From the NCBI GenBank assembly GCA_029862975.1, contig JAOTWP010000003.1, positions 5,904 through 69,903 on the forward strand: a DNA stretch of 64,000 nucleotides, in the 5' to 3' direction. The notes below the pieces were generated by a model, which worked only from the letters and a program-made list of their open reading frames with translations, was not told where the DNA came from and made no database searches. Position numbers and translations under genes: made by a program. This DNA is from Acidobacteriota bacterium. GTDB taxonomy: Bacteria; Acidobacteriota; Thermoanaerobaculia; Multivoradales; JAHEKO01. Below, piece by piece: positions 9,174 through 18,316 of this stretch. How positions within the stretch are numbered: position 1 is the first letter of the stretch; every line of letters begins with the position of its first letter.

Positions 9174-10605
9174 TCAGTACCACCGGCACGGTCCGGGCGA
9201 GGATCTTCAGGTCGAGCAGCGGGCTCCAGGAGTCGATGTACTCGAGGTCGAGCTGCATCCAGCGCTCGAAGTCGACGTCGCTGCGGCCGCTGATCTGCCA
9301 CAGGCAGGTGAGGCCGGGCCGCATCGACAGCCGCCGCCGCTGCCAGCGCTGGTACTGGGCCACCTCCTCGGGGATGGCCGGCCGCGGCCCCACGAGGCTC
9401 ATGCTGCCGGCCAGCACGTTCCACAGCTGCGGCAGCTCGTCCAGGCTGTAGCGGCGCAGGAGCCTCCCGAGGCGGGTCACGCGGGGGTCGCTGCGGACCT
9501 TGAAGACGGGGCCGTCCATCTCGTTGAGGTGGCCGAGATCCGGACGCCGGCTCTCGGCGTCCTCGACCATCGTGCGGAACTTGTAGAGCGTGAAGCGCCG
9601 GCCGTTGAGGCCGCAGCGGGTCTGGCGGAAGAGCACCTCGCCGCCCGAGGTGAGGCGGATCGCGAGGGCGATCGCGGCCATCACGGGGAGGGCGGCGGCG
9701 CAGAGGACCAGCGAGAGCGCCAGATCGACCATCCGCTTGACCGCCAGGAGGGCCGGGCTCGAGGGCGCCCGCGAGAACGTCAAGAGCGGCACCCCCTCGA
9801 GATCGCCGACCTCGACGCGCGCTCTCGTGTGGGGGAAGACGTCGAGCGCCAGCCGGACGAGCACGCCCTGCTCCTCGAGCTGGAGGAAGAGGTCCTCGAG
9901 GCGATCGAGCTCCGCCCGCCGGACGGCGAAGACGACCTCGTCGACGACCTCCCGCTCGATGATCGCCGGAATGTCGGCCAGGGTCCCCAGGACCGGATGC
10001 GCGAGCTCCCCGGGGGGCGCCTCGGCATCGTCCTCGGCGCGCACGAAGCCGAGGACGCGGTAGCCCCAGTAGCCGTGGCGCTCGATGGACTCGACGAGCG
10101 ACTGCGCCGCGGGTCCGGTGCCGACGACGAGCAGGGTGCGGTAGTTGTAGCCGCGCGCGCGCACGTAGCGCGACAGCAGGCGCACCGCCGTCCGCCCCGC
10201 GAGGACGAAGGCCGTGGCGCCGAAGGCGACCAGCACGATCCAGATCCGGCTGATCTGGTCGTCGCCCAGCAGCGCCGCGTCGAGCCGGAAGAGGTAGATG
10301 CAGAGCACCAGCAGGATCGCCCCGAGGGCGCTGACGCGGAGGATCGACCAGGCTTCGTCGAGCAGGCTGATGGTGCGGTGCGAGCGGTAGGCCCCGAGGC
10401 GCGAGAGCAGCACTCCCCAGAGCGCCAGGATCAGCGGCAGCAGCGGCAGGTAGAGCGACAGCGGGTAGAGGTGCCGCGGTCTGAGGCCGAGAGCGGGCAC
10501 GACGCTGTCCCGCAGCCAGTAGGCGACGAAGAACGCCGCGGCGACGCCGGCCAGGTCGATGACCAGCAGCACCGAGGCGATGAGTCTGGACCGCTCCTTC
10601 AGCAT
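9154..10605 (-). CDS. polyprenyl-phosphate hexose-1-phosphate transferase (WbaP/WcaJ-type phosphoglycosyl transferase)
   Basis: There are N-terminal TM helices and a central Rossmann-like region ([11 protein letters not shown]). The C-terminal bacterial sugar transferase signature is [23 protein letters not shown]...[21 protein letters not shown]. Confidence 0.85.
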   Translation of the reverse strand: MLKERSRLIASVLLVIDLAGVAAAFFVAYWLRDSVVPALGLRPRHLYPLSLYLPLLPLILALWGVLLSRLGAYRSHRTISLLDEAWSILRVSALGAILLVLCIYLFRLDAALLGDDQISRIWIVLVAFGATAFVLAGRTAVRLLSRYVRARGYNYRTLLVVGTGPAAQSLVESIERHGYWGYRVLGFVRAEDDAEAPPGELAHPVLGTLADIPAIIEREVVDEVVFAVRRAELDRLEDLFLQLEEQGVLVRLALDVFPHTRARVEVGDLEGVPLLTFSRAPSSPALLAVKRMVDLALSLVLCAAALPVMAAIALAIRLTSGGEVLFRQTRCGLNGRRFTLYKFRTMVEDAESRRPDLGHLNEMDGPVFKVRSDPRVTRLGRLLRRYSLDELPQLWNVLAGSMSLVGPRPAIPEEVAQYQRWQRRRLSMRPGLTCLWQISGRSDVDFERWMQLDLEYIDSWSPLLDLKILARTVPVVLSGRGAF

Positions 10606-10732
10606 GGGTGGACGGGGTTGCCGAACCCGCGACGAGCCCGCACGTTGGGGAAGAGTATCTCATGGCGGGCGGGCGGCGCAGTCCAGTCCCCGGTCGCCCG
10701 CCCGGCGGGGCGGCTGCGGCGGCGAGCGGCCG

Positions 10733-11845
10733 TCAGAGGGCCGCCGTCGCGAGCCGGCGCAGCAGCTCCGCGTAGGCGTCGGCGACCGCCTCCCAGGAGT
10801 AGTGCTCCCGGGCGCGGGCGGCGGCGGCCTCGCCGCGCGCCACGGCGAGCGCCGGGTCCCGCGCGGCCTCGTCGAGGGCTCGGGCGAGGGTCCGCGGCCT
10901 CGCGACGTCGAAGTAGACGCCGCAGTCGGCCGCCACCTCGCGGTTCTCCGGCGTGTCGTGGACGACGACGCAGGCACCGTAGCCCATCGCCTCGACGAGG
11001 GCCGGGTGCGTGCCGCCCACCTCCGTGGCCTGGACGTAGGCCAGGGAATGGCTCAGGAGCTCGCGATAGCCGCGGCCGTAGATGGCGCCCGGAAAGAGGA
11101 TCCGCGGGTCGGCGCCGCGGGTGAAGCCGCGGATGAACCGGCTCGCGTAGGGCGCGTCGCCGAGCATCACGAGCGGCAGCTCGCTGGTCACCGACCGATA
11201 GGCCTCCGCGACCCGGTGCGGATTGTTCTCGGGCTCGAACCGGCTCACGTAGAGGAAGTAGCGGCCGGGCTCGAGGCCGAGGCGGTCCAGGGTCTCGCCG
11301 GGCGGCACGGGCTGCGGGTCGACGCCGTAGACGAGGGTCTCGGAGCCGGCGCCGTAGCGTCGGCGGTAGTGCTCGGCGATGACCGCGGCGTCGGTGATGA
11401 GGACGTCCGAGAAGAGGATCGCGAGCCGCTCCGACAGGGCGTAGACGAGGCGCCCGGCCGGGCCCCACTTGGCGCGGCGCTTCTCGATGCCGTCGACGTT
11501 GAAGGCGATCGGGATGTCGGCGGCTCGCAGCACGGGCACGAAGACGGCGTTGGCGGCATTGACGACGAGAGCGGCGTCGAACGGCTCGGCCGCGGCGTGG
11601 AGCACGGAGAGCAGCGTGTGCAGCGGGGTGTCGAGATACTTGCTCCGGATCGTCGGCAGGACGACGAGACGCATGCCGAGATGCTCGCTCTGCCGGCGAT
11701 CGGTGTAGTGGGAGCGGCAGTAGACGGTGACTTCGAAGCCGCGGTCGACGAGGCGCCGGCCGAGCTCTTCCATGAGCGTCTCGTAGCCGCCGTAGCGGGC
11801 CGGCACCCCGCGGGTGCCGATCATCGCGACGCGCGGCCGCCTCAT
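10733..11845 (-). CDS. GT4 glycosyltransferase (DUF1972-type N-terminus, rhamnosyl/mannosyl-transferase-like)
   Basis: The N-terminus is VAMIGTRGVPARYGGYETLMEELGRRLVDRGFEVTVYC. The C-terminal motif is EVGGTHPALVEAMGYGACVV. Confidence 0.8.
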   Translation of the reverse strand: MRRPRVAMIGTRGVPARYGGYETLMEELGRRLVDRGFEVTVYCRSHYTDRRQSEHLGMRLVVLPTIRSKYLDTPLHTLLSVLHAAAEPFDAALVVNAANAVFVPVLRAADIPIAFNVDGIEKRRAKWGPAGRLVYALSERLAILFSDVLITDAAVIAEHYRRRYGAGSETLVYGVDPQPVPPGETLDRLGLEPGRYFLYVSRFEPENNPHRVAEAYRSVTSELPLVMLGDAPYASRFIRGFTRGADPRILFPGAIYGRGYRELLSHSLAYVQATEVGGTHPALVEAMGYGACVVVHDTPENREVAADCGVYFDVARPRTLARALDEAARDPALAVARGEAAAARAREHYSWEAVADAYAELLRRLATAAL

Positions 11846-11882
11846 CGGGGTCGCTTCATCGAGTCCGCCTCATCGGGTCGCT

Positions 11883-12893
11883 TCACAGGGGCAGGCTCCG
11901 GGTCCAGAACCAGCGGTCGACGTCGCGCTGCGGCGCCGAGCGCCGGGCGCGCAAGGCCCGCCGCCGCGCCAGGATCTCGCGGCGATGACGCCACAGCCAG
12001 CCGTAGACCGCGAGCGAGCCCCGCTCCCGGAGCAGCACCCAGGCGAGCGCGGCCAGATCCCGGAGCAGGGTGGGCAGGAAGGTCAGGACGAAGTTCGCCG
12101 GGCCCTGATGATAGGCGCGCAGCAGGTAGCGGTTCTTCAGCGAGTGGTAGTTGACGTGCGGCGGCATGGCGCGGCGGCGCCGGGGGGTGTTGACCCGCCG
12201 ATGCTCCGCGCCGGCGGCCGGCTCGTAGAGGATCTCCCAGCCGCGCTCCCGCAGCCGGAATGCGAGCTCCGCGTCCTCGCGATAGGAGTGGAACTCCTCC
12301 GCGAAGATATGGCCGCCGACGGCGACGTCGTCGAGCGCGGCGCGGCGCAGCAGGAGCGCCGCGCCGGTCGAGCCGAAGACCCTCCCCGGCTCGCGGAAGG
12401 CGCCGCCGTCGATCGCCTCCGAGCCGCGGTCGTGATGGCGCCAGCTCATCGTCAGGTACATGCCGCAGGCGTCGAGACGCGGCGGCTCGCCGGGCCTTGC
12501 CGGGCGCCGCAGGCGGCCCGTCACCGCGCCGACGGCGAGGTCGGGGTGGCGCGCCGCGCGCGCCAGCAGGAGGGAGAGAAAGTTCGGCTCCGGGCGGGCG
12601 TCGGCATTGAGGGCCAGGATCCAATCGGCCGCCGTCAGGCCGAGGGCGCGGTTCATCCCGGCGGCGAACCCGATGTTCTCGCCCGCTTCCTCGAAGACGA
12701 ACGGAAGGGCGATCGCGGCCGAGCGCAACCGCGATGCCGTCCCGTCGGTGCTGCCGGAATCGACGACGATGAGCTCCAGGCGGGGATGCTCGAGCGCCGC
12801 GAGCGATCGCAGGAGCGGCTCGACGTCGGCCTCGCAGTCGTGCGTGACGACGCAGACGGCGACGCTCGCCAGCGGGACCGGGGTGCTCTCCAT
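11883..12893 (-). CDS. GT2 family glycosyltransferase (WbbL/rhamnosyltransferase-like)
   Basis: Motifs: VCVVTHDCEAD...LIVVDSGSTDGT...NIGFAAGMNRAL...LNADA...YREDAELAFRLRERGW. Confidence 0.8.
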   Translation of the reverse strand: MESTPVPLASVAVCVVTHDCEADVEPLLRSLAALEHPRLELIVVDSGSTDGTASRLRSAAIALPFVFEEAGENIGFAAGMNRALGLTAADWILALNADARPEPNFLSLLLARAARHPDLAVGAVTGRLRRPARPGEPPRLDACGMYLTMSWRHHDRGSEAIDGGAFREPGRVFGSTGAALLLRRAALDDVAVGGHIFAEEFHSYREDAELAFRLRERGWEILYEPAAGAEHRRVNTPRRRRAMPPHVNYHSLKNRYLLRAYHQGPANFVLTFLPTLLRDLAALAWVLLRERGSLAVYGWLWRHRREILARRRALRARRSAPQRDVDRWFWTRSLPL

Positions 12894-12909
12894 CCCTGGC
12901 CGCGGCTCT

Positions 12910-13713
12910 CTACAGCGCGTCCGTCGGGCTCACGACGGACGCCCGATAGGGCTCGAGGACCTGCCCCGGAGGACCGATGTCGACGAGCCTGCCGTGCTCG
13001 AGCCAGGCGACCCGGTCGCAGTGGTGGGCGAGCGTCTCGAGCTCGTGGGAGACGAGCAGGATCGAGGTGCCGCGGGCGCGGAAGCTCTCGATGCGCTCCA
13101 GGCACTTGAGCTGGAAGCCCGTGTCGCCGACGGCGAGGATCTCGTCCAGGATGAGGAGGTCGGGCCGGAACTGGGTGGCCACCGAGAACCCGAGCCGCGC
13201 GAGCATGCCGTTGGAGTAGTTGCGCACCGGCATGTCGATGAACCCCTCGAGCTCGCTGAACTCGATGATCGCCGGCAGGTGCTCGGCGATCAGGCTCTTC
13301 GCGAAGCCGAAGAGCGTCGCATTGAGGAACACGTTCTCGCGCCCGGTGAGGTCGAAGTGGAATCCCGCACCGAGCTCGAGCAGCGGGGCCGCGTGCCCGC
13401 GGACGATCACCCGGCCGAGCGTCGGCCGCAGGACCCGCGCCATGACCTTGAGGAGCGTGCTCTTGCCGGCGCCGTTGCGGCCGACGAGGCCGAGCGTCTC
13501 GCCGCGGCGGATCGTCAGGTCGACGTCGCGGAGCGCCCACAGCTCCCGGTGCTGGATCTGGTTCTTGACCCGTCGCAGGATGTACTCCTTGAAGCTGACG
13601 ATCCGCTCGGTGGGGACGACGAACCGGACACCGATGCCGGTCAGCTCGACCACGGCCTCCCGGGAATCGGGAGTCGCGGCGCTCGGGCCGCGGGAGTCAG
13701 CTGCGGTAATCAA
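12910..13713 (-). CDS. wzt: polysaccharide ABC exporter ATP-binding protein (Wzt/TagH type, NBD only)
   Basis: Walker A is GRNGAGKST, the signature-like motif is YSNGMLARL, Walker B is LLILDE and the H-loop is LVSHE. It is only 267 aa, so there is no C-terminal carbohydrate-binding domain. Confidence 0.9.
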   Translation of the reverse strand: MITAADSRGPSAATPDSREAVVELTGIGVRFVVPTERIVSFKEYILRRVKNQIQHRELWALRDVDLTIRRGETLGLVGRNGAGKSTLLKVMARVLRPTLGRVIVRGHAAPLLELGAGFHFDLTGRENVFLNATLFGFAKSLIAEHLPAIIEFSELEGFIDMPVRNYSNGMLARLGFSVATQFRPDLLILDEILAVGDTGFQLKCLERIESFRARGTSILLVSHELETLAHHCDRVAWLEHGRLVDIGPPGQVLEPYRASVVSPTDAL

Positions 13714-14566
13714 AGGCGTTTCTCCAGTGGGTGAAGACGGCCCATCCGGCCACGAGGACGGAGATGCTGACGCCGCCGGCGATCAGCCAGTGCTCGGCGG
13801 GGGCGACGACGCCGTCGTAGATCGGCTTGCGCACCAGCTCGACGAGGTGCAGGACGGGGTTGAGCCGGAAGATCCAGTGCCTGCTCTCGGGGACGATCGA
13901 CAGCGAGTAGATGATCGGCGTGGCGTAGAACCAGCCCGTCAGCAGGACCTGATAGGTGAGCCGGATGTCGAGGAAGAAGGCGCCCATGGTCGCCACGATG
14001 AGGCCGATGCCGAGGGCGAAGAGCGCGGCCAGCAGCATGCCGGCCGGAATCGTGAGGATCGAGGCGTTGACGTCGCGGCCGAAGACGAGCGCCAGCCCGA
14101 TGAGGGGCAGGTGGGCGATCAGCCAGTTGACGAGATAGGTGACCACCGCGGCGACGGCGAAGGCGCTCCGCGGGACGTGGATGCGCTCCGCCAGGCTCTG
14201 GCTGGCGATGATCTCCTCGACGATCTGCAGCGTGGAGCGGCTGAAGAAATCGAAGAGGATGAGTCCGGACAGGAGATAGACGGGGAAGTCCGAGATCAGG
14301 TCGCCGAAGGCGTTGGAGAAGACGAGCGCCAGGATCGTCATCAACATGAGCGGCTCGAGCAGGGTCCAGACGACGCCCAGGACCGACCGCTTGTAGCGCA
14401 GCTGGATGTTGCGGCGGCTCCACTGCACGACGAGGTCGCGGTAGCGGAAGATCTCGCGCAGCTCTTCGACGAACGGATGGGGGCGGGCCGCCGAATCGTA
14501 GATCGGGGTGAGAGGACCCCGTGCGGAAAGCCCCCGGCCCGACGTGTCGTCGTACTCTCGGATCAT
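13697..14566 (-). CDS. wzm: polysaccharide ABC exporter permease (ABC-2 / Wzm type)
   Basis: ATG at 14566 (MIREYDD). About 6 TM helices and an ABC-2 N-terminal pattern (LVVQWSRRNIQLRYKRSVLGVVWTLLEP). It overlaps wzt by 17 nt. The rest of the 566-aa track ORF is junk. Confidence 0.85.
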   Translation of the reverse strand: MIREYDDTSGRGLSARGPLTPIYDSAARPHPFVEELREIFRYRDLVVQWSRRNIQLRYKRSVLGVVWTLLEPLMLMTILALVFSNAFGDLISDFPVYLLSGLILFDFFSRSTLQIVEEIIASQSLAERIHVPRSAFAVAAVVTYLVNWLIAHLPLIGLALVFGRDVNASILTIPAGMLLAALFALGIGLIVATMGAFFLDIRLTYQVLLTGWFYATPIIYSLSIVPESRHWIFRLNPVLHLVELVRKPIYDGVVAPAEHWLIAGGVSISVLVAGWAVFTHWRNAFDYRS

Positions 14567-14683
14567 GGTGTGGTCGCCGACGGGCTCCCTCGGCGCGGAG
14601 CGCGAGGGCTCATTTTTCAGCTTAGCACGCGCGCGAAGGGCCGAATACGGGCTCGGTGGCGGGCCCTTGCTAGGATGTGCCGA

Positions 14684-15289
14684 ATGATACGCGACGTCGC
14701 GGGAGCGGTCCTGGCGGGTGGTGGGAGCCGGAGGATGGGCCGCGACAAGGCGCGGCTGGCGCTCGGCGGCGTCGCCCTGGCGCGGCGGGCGATGGACGTG
14801 CTGGGCGCGGTGCTCGCCGACGTCGCGCTGGTCGCCGGCTCCGAGCGCGACTACTCCGACCTCGGGGGCGTCCAGGTGCGCGATCGCCACCCCGGCGCGG
14901 GGCCGCTCGCGGGGCTGGAAGCGGCTCTCGGCTGGGCCGGCTCGCGTCCCCTCTTCGTGCTGGCCTGCGACCTGCCGCGGGTCGGCCGTGTCGTCGTCGC
15001 CCGCGTTCTGGAGCGGGCCGGCGGAAGGCGCGATCCGGGGGGCGCGGCCTGGGCGCGCGTGGCGCGGCGCGACGGTCGCGACCAGCCGCTCTGCGCGCTC
15101 TACTCGCCGCGCTGCGCTCCTGTGGCCGCGAGCCTGCTGGCGGCGGGGCGGCGCTCGGTCCACGAGCTGCTGGCGCGGGTGGAGGTCGAGGCGGTGACGT
15201 TCGATGACGTGACCCCGGACCCGTTCTTGAACGTCAACACCCCGGCGGACCTGCAGGCGGCGGGCGGCGGCCCGGAGATCCGCCGATGA
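14684..15289 (+). CDS. mobA: molybdenum cofactor guanylyltransferase
   Basis: MIRDVAGAVLAGGGSRRMGRDKA matches the MobA N-terminal motif. AGGA lies 9 nt upstream. An alternative ATG is at 14675. The stop overlaps the fdhD start (ATGA). Confidence 0.8.
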   Translation: MIRDVAGAVLAGGGSRRMGRDKARLALGGVALARRAMDVLGAVLADVALVAGSERDYSDLGGVQVRDRHPGAGPLAGLEAALGWAGSRPLFVLACDLPRVGRVVVARVLERAGGRRDPGGAAWARVARRDGRDQPLCALYSPRCAPVAASLLAAGRRSVHELLARVEVEAVTFDDVTPDPFLNVNTPADLQAAGGGPEIRR

Positions 15290-16149
15290 GCGCCGGCGGC
15301 GCCGGCTCCCCCGGCGGCACCCAGGCCGTCGAGGCCGAGACCCTGACGGCGTCGGGGCGCGAGCGGCGCCGGGAGCTCCTCGCCGTGGAGGAGCCACTGG
15401 GGATCCGGGTGGTGGCCGAGCGGGGCGGCCGGCCCGAGCGCTTCGACGTCGCCGTGACGATGCGCACCCCGGGCGCCGACCGCGAGCTGGCGCTCGGCTT
15501 CCTCTTCACCGAAGGGGTCGTGACGGCCGGCGACGCCGTGGCGCGGGTCCGGGAGTGCGAGGCCCCCACCGCGCAGCCCGGCAGCGTGGTCGAGGTCTAT
15601 CTGCGGCCGGGGGTCGACTTCGACGCCGATCGCTTCCGGCGCAACGTCTACACGAGCTCGAGCTGCGGCATCTGCGGCCGCGCGGCCATCGAGCAGGTCC
15701 GCATGCTCTGCCCGGCGGTGCCGGGGGACGGCCCGCGGATCGCGAGGGAGACCTTGTGGACGCTTCCGGCCCGCCTCCGCGCCGGCCAGGCGGTGTTCGC
15801 CGACACCGGCGGCCTGCACGCCGCCGGCCTCTTCGACGCCGCGGGCGAGCTCCTGGTGCTGCGCGAAGACGTCGGCCGCCACAACGCGGTCGACAAGGTG
15901 ATCGGCCGCCTGCTGGCGGACGACGCCCTGCCGGCCGCCGGCCGCCTCCTCATGGTCAGCGGCCGCGTCAGCTTCGAGCTCGTCCAGAAGGCGGCCCTGG
16001 CCGGCATCCCCGTCCTCGCCGCCGTCGGCGCCCCGAGCTCGCTCGCCGTCGAGCTCGGCTCCGACCTCGGGATGACGATCATCGGCTTCCTGCGCGGCGA
16101 GCGTTGCAACGTCTACTGCGGACAGGGGCGCGTCGAGGCCATCCCGTGA
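15286..16149 (+). CDS. fdhD: formate dehydrogenase accessory sulfurtransferase FdhD
   Basis: Motifs: LGFLFTEG, SSSCGICG, EDVGRHNAVDKVIG, GRVSFELVQKAALAGIP. Confidence 0.9.
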   Translation: MSAGGAGSPGGTQAVEAETLTASGRERRRELLAVEEPLGIRVVAERGGRPERFDVAVTMRTPGADRELALGFLFTEGVVTAGDAVARVRECEAPTAQPGSVVEVYLRPGVDFDADRFRRNVYTSSSCGICGRAAIEQVRMLCPAVPGDGPRIARETLWTLPARLRAGQAVFADTGGLHAAGLFDAAGELLVLREDVGRHNAVDKVIGRLLADDALPAAGRLLMVSGRVSFELVQKAALAGIPVLAAVGAPSSLAVELGSDLGMTIIGFLRGERCNVYCGQGRVEAIP

Positions 16150-16193
16150 GACGGCCGTGAGACGCGGCGGCGCCGGGCGGCGCCCGCTTGCGC

Positions 16194-17375
16194 TCACGGC
16201 ACGGTCTGCGACCAGCGGGAGGTGTCGCCGGACTCGAAGCCGTCTTCGAAGATCGTGAGCGGCAGCCTGAGCTCGAAGGCGCCGACGTCGCAGTCGGCGG
16301 TGCCGTCGTGGTCGCCGTCGAACGGCCGGCCAAGGCCGCGCTGATCGAGGTCGGGGCACAGCGGCGTCTCGGCGGTGTCGATCGCGGGGCTGCCGGTGAG
16401 GAGCGCGTGGGTGTCCGTCTCGCCGCCGTTGTCGGCGAGCGGGCCGAGCTCGGGGCTGGGCACGCCGACCTGGTCGGAGGCGGCGTCCAGGCCGCAGGTG
16501 TCGCCCGGGCTCTCGAGATTGCCGCCGTTGCTGGTGGCCACGGCCCCGTCGCAGGAGCCGGCGAGCAGCGTGTTGGTCACCGCCGTGGTGCCGCCGTTGT
16601 GCAGCGCGCTGCCGGCGCCCGCGCTGTTGCCGGTGATCGTCGCGCTGAGCACGGTCATGCTCGTGCCGCCGAGGTTGTAGAGCCCGCCGCCGGCGCCGCC
16701 GCCGTCGACGGCATTGCCCGAGACGGTCGAGTTCTGGACGAACGACGTGCCGTGGTCGTCCATCCCGCCCCCGTGGTCGGCGGTGACGTTGCCGGCGAGG
16801 GTCGAGTCGAGGATGAAGATGTCGTTGTCGTTGCGCACGCCGCCCCCCGGGCCGCCCGCCGTGTTGCCGGAGATGGCGCATCCGAGGACGGTCAGGGTAC
16901 CGGCGTTGCGGATGCCGCCGCCGTTGCCGCCGCCCGCGTCGCCCCCGCGCAGGGTCACCCGCGAAACGGCGGCGGGCACGTTCGCGACGTCGAGCACCCG
17001 GTCGATCCCGTCGGCGTCGATCACCGTCGAGCGCGCCCCGGCGCCCTCGAGCGAGACGGAGTCCGTCAAGTCCAGGTCGCCGCTCGCGGCCTGGTCCTCG
17101 CCGCTGCCGGCGATCGCCAGGACGTAGATCCCGGCCGGCACGGCAACCACGTCCGTGATCCCCGGGCCGGGCTGCCCGGCCGCGCAGCCATCGACCGGGG
17201 CGTTCGTGTTGGCCGCCACGATGGCTTCGCGTAGGGTGCAGTTGCCGTTGGGCGGCTGGTCGAGATCGTCGAAGGTCGAATCGACGACGATGGTGGCGGC
17301 GGCGGCCGGACCGGAGACCGCACAGGCGACGACGCACAGACCTCCGGCGACGCGTCGCAGGCGGGTTGCACTCAT
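16194..17375 (-). CDS. secreted right-handed beta-helix protein with a CSLREA-like N-terminal motif (choice-of-anchor-Q-like) and a distinctive C-terminal tail
   Basis: AGGAGG RBS and signal peptide (CVVACAVSGPAAAAT). NGNCTLREAIVAANTN resembles the CSLREA motif. It has repeated GGG(I/L)xNxGTLT...SGN PMP-like units and ends IFEDGFESGDTSRWSQTVP. Confidence 0.8.
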   Translation of the reverse strand: MSATRLRRVAGGLCVVACAVSGPAAAATIVVDSTFDDLDQPPNGNCTLREAIVAANTNAPVDGCAAGQPGPGITDVVAVPAGIYVLAIAGSGEDQAASGDLDLTDSVSLEGAGARSTVIDADGIDRVLDVANVPAAVSRVTLRGGDAGGGNGGGIRNAGTLTVLGCAISGNTAGGPGGGVRNDNDIFILDSTLAGNVTADHGGGMDDHGTSFVQNSTVSGNAVDGGGAGGGLYNLGGTSMTVLSATITGNSAGAGSALHNGGTTAVTNTLLAGSCDGAVATSNGGNLESPGDTCGLDAASDQVGVPSPELGPLADNGGETDTHALLTGSPAIDTAETPLCPDLDQRGLGRPFDGDHDGTADCDVGAFELRLPLTIFEDGFESGDTSRWSQTVP

Positions 17376-17552
17376 GGGTTGCCTCCTCGGTTCTCTCGGT
17401 CCGCCGGCCGCGGCGCCGCTATCGTCGCAAACGCCCCGCGCCCCCTCAATGGAAGCCCAACAGGGGTCCGCGGAGCGCCGCTTCCCTCCCTACCTGGCCC
17501 ACCCGCGGCACGGCATGGCGCGGGCCTCCCGGGCGAGGGCGCAGGCGCTCGC

Positions 17553-17981
17553 TCAGCCGGCCAGGGTGGCCTGGAGCTGGATGTCGACTCCGGCCAGGGC
17601 CTTCGAGACCGGGCAGTTGGCCTTGGCGCCGGCCGCCTGCTCCTGGAAGGCCGCGTCGTCGATGCCCGGCACGGCGGCCTCGCAGGTGAGCTCGATGCGG
17701 GTGATGGCCGGGCCCTTGTCGGTGATCTCGAGGTGGGCGCGCGCCGACGTCGAGACGCTGGCCGGCGCGAAGCCGGCCTTGCCGAGCGCCGACGCCAGGG
17801 CCATCGAGAAGCAGCCGGCGTGGGCCGCCGCGATGAGCTCCTCGGGGTTCGTCCCCGGGTCCTGCTCGAAACGGGAGCCGAACGAGTACTTCCCCTCGTA
17901 GGCGCCGCTGCCGAGCTTCATGGTACCGCCGCCGCCCTTGAGATCGCCCTTCCAAACGGCACTTGCGCTGCGTACTGGCAT
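17553..17981 (-). CDS. osmC: OsmC-family peroxiredoxin
   Basis: ATG at 17981 with a GGAGGA RBS. MPVRSASAVWKGDLKGGGGT...NPEELIAAAHAGCFSMAL...ANCPVSKAL carries the two conserved Cys of OsmC. Confidence 0.85.
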   Translation of the reverse strand: MPVRSASAVWKGDLKGGGGTMKLGSGAYEGKYSFGSRFEQDPGTNPEELIAAAHAGCFSMALASALGKAGFAPASVSTSARAHLEITDKGPAITRIELTCEAAVPGIDDAAFQEQAAGAKANCPVSKALAGVDIQLQATLAG

Positions 17982-18132
17982 GGTGATGTTCCTCCGAAAA
18001 ATCCTTTGGTGGGAGAATCTGGGAGTGGAATCCGCGGCAGGACCGCGCCGCAGACCCGGGAGTCTAGCAGCTCCTCGGGGACCTTGCCGGGCTTGGGAAG
18101 CGGCTTCGTTCGGCGGCGGCCGTGGTGCGCCG

Positions 18133-18316
18133 GGTGGCGAAAAGACTCCAGGTAAAGAAAAGAACAGGGAGAGTCCTCGCCGCGGCCCTGTTCCCGGTCT
18201 TGCACAACGGTGACGAATGTGACGACCGAGTCCAGAGGGGCGCGCGCCGTGCACTGCATGGCTCATCCGCCACGGCATCCCCTTCCCTTTTCCTTACTTG
18301 GAGTCCTTTCGCGACC
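18133..18316. mobile_element. MITE-like element copy E1 (184 bp) with 30-bp terminal inverted repeats
   Basis: The left end is GGTGGCGAAAAGACTCCAGGTAAAGAAAAG (18133-18162). The reverse complement of the right end (18287-18316) is GGTCGCGAAAGGACTCCAAGTAAGGAAAAG, 26/30 identical. There is an internal hairpin GAACAGGG...CCCTGTTC (18162-18193). The element is intergenic and has no credible ORF. Confidence 0.7.
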
